A stretch of DNA of 64,000 nucleotides, taken from contig JAXMOL010000038.1 of the NCBI GenBank assembly GCA_034669905.1, positions 17,367 through 81,366 of the forward strand. The letters are read 5' to 3'. Both the position numbers and the translations under genes were made by a program. Under the pieces are notes generated by a model, which worked only from the letters and a program-made list of their open reading frames with translations, did no database searches and was not told the origin of the DNA. How positions within the stretch are numbered: position 1 is the stretch's first letter; each line of letters starts with the position of its first letter. Positions 61,037-64,000 of this stretch are shown here, piece by piece. Source of the DNA: Candidatus Hydrogenedentota bacterium (GTDB lineage Bacteria > Hydrogenedentota > Hydrogenedentia > Hydrogenedentales > JAEUWI01).

Positions 61037-62134
61037 ATGTTAATCGATTTTGGCGGGGTTGAAGAAAACGTCGTTACGCGGAAAGAATTTTCCATAGCCA
61101 AGGCCAAAAAGGTCTTGAAGAATGAAACCATCGCGGTCATCGGTTACGGCGTACAGGGCCCGGCCCAGGCGTTGAATATGCGCGACAACGGCTTCAACGT
61201 CATCGTCGGTCTGCGCGAAGGCTCCAAAGAGAGCTGGAAACGCGCCCAGAAAGATGGCTGGAAAAAAGGCGTCGACCTCTTCACCACCGAAGAAGCCCTC
61301 GAACGGGCCACGACGATCCAGTACCTCGTTTCCGACGCGGCACAGAAGGCCTACTGGCCGACCCTCAAGAAGTACCTGAAGCCCGGCGATGCCCTCTATT
61401 TCTCCCACGGCTTCTCCATCACCTACAAAGAACACACCAAGGTCATTCCCCCGGAAGACGTGGACGTGATCATGGTCGCCCCCAAGGGCTCCGGCACCTC
61501 GGTGCGTCGGAACTACCTCGCGGGTGTGGGCATCAACTCCAGCTACGCCGTGTTCCAGGACGCGACGGGCAAAGCCACCGACCGCTGCCTCGCCCTGGGC
61601 ATCGCCCTCGGCTCCGGCTACCTCTTCCCCACGACCTTCGAAAGCGAAGTGTACAGTGACCTCACCGGCGAACGCGGTATCCTTATGGGTGCCCTGGCCG
61701 GCGTGATGGAAGCCCAGTATGAAGTACTGCGCAAGAACGGCCACAGCCCGGCCGAAGCCTTCAACGAAACCGTTGAAGAGCTGACCCAGAGCCTTATCCG
61801 CCTGGTCGACGAAAACGGGATGGACTGGATGTTCGCCAACTGCTCGGCCACGGCCCAGCGTGGCGCCCTCGACTGGGCTCCCAAGTTCAAAAAGGCCACC
61901 CTGCCCGTCTTCAAAGACCTCTACAAGCGCGTCAAGAACGGCGAAGAGTGCAAACGCGTCCTGCGCTCCACCGGCGGCAAAGACTACAAAGAGAAGCTCG
62001 ATAAAGAGCTCGCCGCCATCCGCGACAGCGAAATGTGGCGTGCCGGTGCCGCGTCCCGCTCCCTGCGGCCCAACGTGCCGGAAGCCAAGCGCATCAAGTC
62101 CACCAAGGGTGTGGCTGGCCGCGGCAAGAACTAG
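61037..62134 (+). CDS. ilvC: Ketol-acid reductoisomerase
   Basis: IGYGVQG, FSHGF, APKGSG, SDLTGERG, CSATAQRGA. Confidence 0.95.
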   Translation: MLIDFGGVEENVVTRKEFSIAKAKKVLKNETIAVIGYGVQGPAQALNMRDNGFNVIVGLREGSKESWKRAQKDGWKKGVDLFTTEEALERATTIQYLVSDAAQKAYWPTLKKYLKPGDALYFSHGFSITYKEHTKVIPPEDVDVIMVAPKGSGTSVRRNYLAGVGINSSYAVFQDATGKATDRCLALGIALGSGYLFPTTFESEVYSDLTGERGILMGALAGVMEAQYEVLRKNGHSPAEAFNETVEELTQSLIRLVDENGMDWMFANCSATAQRGALDWAPKFKKATLPVFKDLYKRVKNGEECKRVLRSTGGKDYKEKLDKELAAIRDSEMWRAGAASRSLRPNVPEAKRIKSTKGVAGRGKN

Positions 62135-62145
62135 CCTTTCGCATC

Positions 62146-62190
62146 ACGCTGGACCGGGTAAATAATCATTTGCCCGGTCCAGCGTTTTTT
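62146..62190 (+). terminator. Rho-independent terminator of ilvC
   Basis: ACGCTGGACCGGGTAAAT / ATTTGCCCGGTCCAGCGT stem plus T-run. Confidence 0.88.
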
Positions 62191-62419
62191 GCTTTAATAC
62201 CAATAGATATGCCATTCTCCACGACGAGGGTGAGCACGATACCGCGGAGACTTGAATGGTCACCAATGGGAAGAGACAGCATCACGGGCACTGGTGTGCA
62301 GGGCAAGTGCCTCCACACCCGACCGTCTGGTCTTCTCGTCCAGCGGTATCGACGCGTAATCGTGTCCCGGTCACACGGGCTCACGCACGCGGGGGATGTT
62401 TCAGAAAGGGAGAAGCCCG

Positions 62420-63328
62420 TTGAATGACCTGATTCCAGGCGCCGTTGCCGGCCCGCCCGATGGCAGAAATTTTGAGTCATCCTGGTATGGCGACTACCTT
62501 CAGGCCCATCTCTTAACGGACATCGGCCTGAAGCGGCAGAAGAATGAAGATTCCTGCCTCATGTGCGCCCCGAAAAACCCTGTCCTCATCGACGAACGGG
62601 GGCTCTTCTTTTCCGTCGCCGATGGCATGGGCGGTGCCAGTGCGGGCGAGTTCGCCAGCCGCATGTCCCTCCGGGCCATGCACACCGCCTACTACACCGG
62701 ACCCCGAAACCCCATCCCCGAAGCCCTGGGCGAAGCCCTCGAAGACGCCAACCAGCGGGTCTTCGAAGAAGCCGAAATTAACCCCGAATACGCCGGCATG
62801 GGCACTACCGTTTCTGCGGTCCTTATCGATGGAGGCTGGGCCTACATTGCCCAGGTGGGCGACAGCCGGGTGTACCTCCTCCGGGAACGCTCCGGCATCC
62901 ACCAGATCACCGAAGACCACTCCCTCGTCGCCGAGCAAGTCCGTAACGGCGTCATCAGCGAAGAAGAAGCTGAAAACAGCTCCTTCAAAAACCTCATCAC
63001 CCGCGCCGTCGGCATCAAGGCCGACGTAGAGGTCGACCTCTTCGCCGTCCGCATCATGCAGGGCGACACCCTCCTCATCTGCTCCGACGGCCTCTGCAAC
63101 ATGGTCACCGACGAAGAAATCGCCACCTGCCTTTCCGATGGCGACCTCAAGCTCGGCACCCGCAAAGTCGTGGACCTGGCCCTGGCCAATGGCGGCTCCG
63201 ACAACATTACGGCGGTTACAGTCCGGGTCATCGACACGCCGCCCCGGGCGCCCTTACAAGCCGGTGCCCGCGAAGTATCCATCCCCAACAGTGGATTCTT
63301 CCGCCGCATCCTCGCCTGGTTTCGCTGA
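62420..63328 (+). CDS. PP2C-family Ser/Thr phosphatase (Stp1/PrpC type)
   Basis: RQKNED, VADGMGG, MGTT, GDSR, DHS, CSDGL, GGSDNIT; TTG start inferred. Confidence 0.92.
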   Translation: MNDLIPGAVAGPPDGRNFESSWYGDYLQAHLLTDIGLKRQKNEDSCLMCAPKNPVLIDERGLFFSVADGMGGASAGEFASRMSLRAMHTAYYTGPRNPIPEALGEALEDANQRVFEEAEINPEYAGMGTTVSAVLIDGGWAYIAQVGDSRVYLLRERSGIHQITEDHSLVAEQVRNGVISEEEAENSSFKNLITRAVGIKADVEVDLFAVRIMQGDTLLICSDGLCNMVTDEEIATCLSDGDLKLGTRKVVDLALANGGSDNITAVTVRVIDTPPRAPLQAGAREVSIPNSGFFRRILAWFR

Positions 63329-63465
63329 AAAAGTCGGAGCGGCGTGAGCGTAAACAAGCATATCCCCGCCCTTGGTGCAGCTGACATCGCTCGAAGGCCT
63401 TTGGCCACACCAACAGGGGGACACCCTCCCCTGCAGACCGTCTACCCTGGCCCCACCTATCCAGA

Positions 63466-63644
63466 TTAGAACCGGATTCTTTCGTAATTCATGGAAACTC
63501 TTCCACTGGAAGGGAACACGCCGCACGGGATCCCCCCTTGATGTCGCCCAGTTTGAGGTAAGCAGGTCCACCCTTTACCGCCGCCGCTTCGTCCGCACTG
63601 ATCACTTTTTCTTCCGTAATCTCGGCAACCGTGATGTCCTTCAT
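63466..63644 (-). pseudogene. Double-glycine-leader peptide precursor, copy A (probable 1-nt frameshift)
   Basis: MKDITVAEITEEKVISADEAAAVKGG|PAYLKLGDIKGGSRAACSLPVEEFP* (stop at 63489). One extra base near 63498 gives ...LPVEEVSMNYERIRF* (stop at 63466), 59 aa like copy B. GGAGGA RBS. Confidence 0.7.
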
Positions 63645-63711
63645 AGCGCATTCCTCCACCCCTGCACGGGGCCCGGTTGCTTCGATTTCGACGTGATGGG
63701 AAAGGGGACTG

Positions 63712-63891
63712 TTACGTCCACTCTACTTCGGTGTAACCCGAGGCGGGCTTCTGAACCGTGGGACGGGCCAACCGGGATTCACCCTTGATGTCGCCCAGTT
63801 TGATGTAAGCAGGTCCACCCTTCACCGCCGCCGCTTCGTCCGCACTGATCACTTTTTCTTCCGTAAGCTCGGTAACCTTGATGTCTTTCAT
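63712..63891 (-). CDS. Double-glycine-leader peptide precursor, copy B (59 aa)
   Basis: MKDIKVTELTEEKVISADEAAAVKGG|PAYIKLGDIKGESRLARPTVQKPASGYTEVEWT*; GGAGGA RBS 7 nt before the ATG; below the ORF track cutoff. Confidence 0.85.
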   Translation of the reverse strand: MKDIKVTELTEEKVISADEAAAVKGGPAYIKLGDIKGESRLARPTVQKPASGYTEVEWT

Positions 63892-63955
63892 GGCACATTC
63901 CTCCGCCCCTGCACAGGGCTCGTTCGTTTCGGTTTCGACGTGATGGGAAGGGGGA

Positions 63956-64000
63956 CTAGTACGTCCACTCTACTTCGGTGTAACCCGTGGCGGGCTTCTG
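63956..64000 (-). CDS. Peptide precursor copy C, 3' end only
   Basis: ...QKPATGYTEVEWTY* in frame from the window edge; homologous to the copy B C-terminus. Confidence 0.75.
   Translation of the reverse strand, partial: QKPATGYTEVEWTY

Larger units (their letters stand above)
63535..64000. repeat. 247-bp-period tandem gene duplication, continuing past the window edge
   Basis: 63535-63753 recurs at 63782-64000 with scattered substitutions. Confidence 0.93.

Noticed and set aside
62420..63328. PP2C as evidence of a T6SS (PppA) linked to the Hcp-like peptides
   Set aside because: It is a generic Stp1-type enzyme on the opposite strand, and no tss genes are in the window.
63535..64000. Terminal repeat as a CRISPR array or non-coding repeat
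   Set aside because: The period is 247 bp with no short repeat/unique spacer pattern, and each unit holds an RBS and a peptide ORF.

Overview
GC-rich bacterial window from a diderm organism (BamD, LptE, T2SS secretin). The (GE)n linker and the Cys...GGG...GD-TM-basic C-terminal tag suggest Candidatus Hydrogenedentes, which is inference only. From left to right: (1) a minus-strand type IV pilus operon with two PilB-like ATPases, PilT, PilC and five large pilin-like genes; (2) a type II secretion operon gspC-M with REP-like repeats in its spacers; (3) a 4105-aa internally duplicated surface protein plus a matrixin-type protease that carries an internal second signal peptide; (4) a GldA/F/G-type ABC module with a DUF4340 protein; (5) a sigma54 two-component system with a Gly-rich ferritin-like protein; (6) housekeeping genes (acyl-CoA ligase, yraN, scpA, bamD, lptE, holA, ilvC, PP2C). 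The most striking signal is at the right edge and is missing from the ORF track. It is a 247-bp-period tandem array of at least three small minus-strand genes encoding double-glycine-leader peptides. Their cores resemble the first and last beta-strands of the Hcp tube protein joined by a short linker. All calls come from reading the sequence by eye; no searches were run.
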